DNA of 64,000 bases from Octopus bimaculoides (taxonomy: Eukaryota). The stretch lies in contig NC_068997.1 of the NCBI RefSeq assembly GCF_001194135.2, positions 12,395,109 to 12,459,108 of the forward strand. The letters are read 5' to 3'. Position 1 is the first letter of the stretch; every line of letters starts with the position of its first letter. This document shows positions 63,514-64,000 of this stretch, piece by piece. The notes below the pieces were generated by a model. The model searched no databases and was not told the origin of the DNA. It saw only the letters and a list, made by a program, of their open reading frames with translations. The position numbers and the translations under genes are program-made.

Positions 63514-64000
63514 ATCAGTGTGGAGGTATGTTCTAGTGGGTAGGGTGTTTCACTCATGAGATTGTGATTTCAATCCCTAGGCCGGGTGGTGCATTGTATT
63601 CTTGAGTAAACCACTTCGTCTCACCTTGCTCTGTGATCATTTGGACACCTGTAGATGAAACTGTAACATTTTCATGTCATTATTTTGCCCAGTAAAATTT
63701 ATTTCAGCTGGTTGCGAATCCTTGTTGAACAGTTTCTATTTCAGAGATTCTTTTCTCCTAGATGGATGGTCTTCGTTATGAATGGTGAGCGCCATCTCCC
63801 CTTGGCTGTATTGGATGGCCGTTGACACTCGCCCTAGTTTTACTCTGCCCTTTGATGGGCCTCGTTTTTCATCCCTCAGCGTCTCCAGAAGTCACCTCCT
63901 CACCAAATGTGTATCATACCGGTGGGATACTATTAAAATAAGGATAAAAATCTTGACTTAAGAGGATTCATATGTATGTATATTTTCTAGTGTGCTAGAA

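Noticed and set aside
63720-63930. Complex GC-richer segment at the window end
   Set aside because: All frames examined contain stops; probably a decayed retroelement but family not identifiable.

Overview
AT-rich, microsatellite- and SINE-dense animal scaffold with seven N-gaps (13531-13891, 35048-35871, 39167-39823, 43224-43645, 52068-52499, 59276-59292, 61112-61290). It is probably an octopus genome; this is inferred from repeat style and gene content, not proven. Three genes can be reconstructed by hand. (1) A TALPID3/KIAA0586-like ciliogenesis gene whose 2062-aa ORF lies in one uninterrupted 6.2-kb block (1163-7351, minus). (2) A five-coding-exon mitochondrial ATP synthase subunit c gene (ATP5MC/ATP5G, 28406-33192, minus, 151 aa). 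(3) A seven-coding-exon JAZF1-like zinc-finger gene (33766-51898, plus; exon 2 mostly in a gap), head-to-head with ATP5MC across a promoter of a few hundred bp. The rest is repeats: several SINE families, RTE LINE tails, hAT and TTAA-flanked MITEs, a Penelope-like element with an internal inversion, and a foldback element family with inverted telomeric-repeat cores. The most unusual signals are the intronless TALPID3, the telomere-core foldback elements (one copy followed by a Helitron-like hairpin/CTAG end) and the reconstructable ~620-bp inversion. All repeat-family and motif assignments are by eye; no database search was run.
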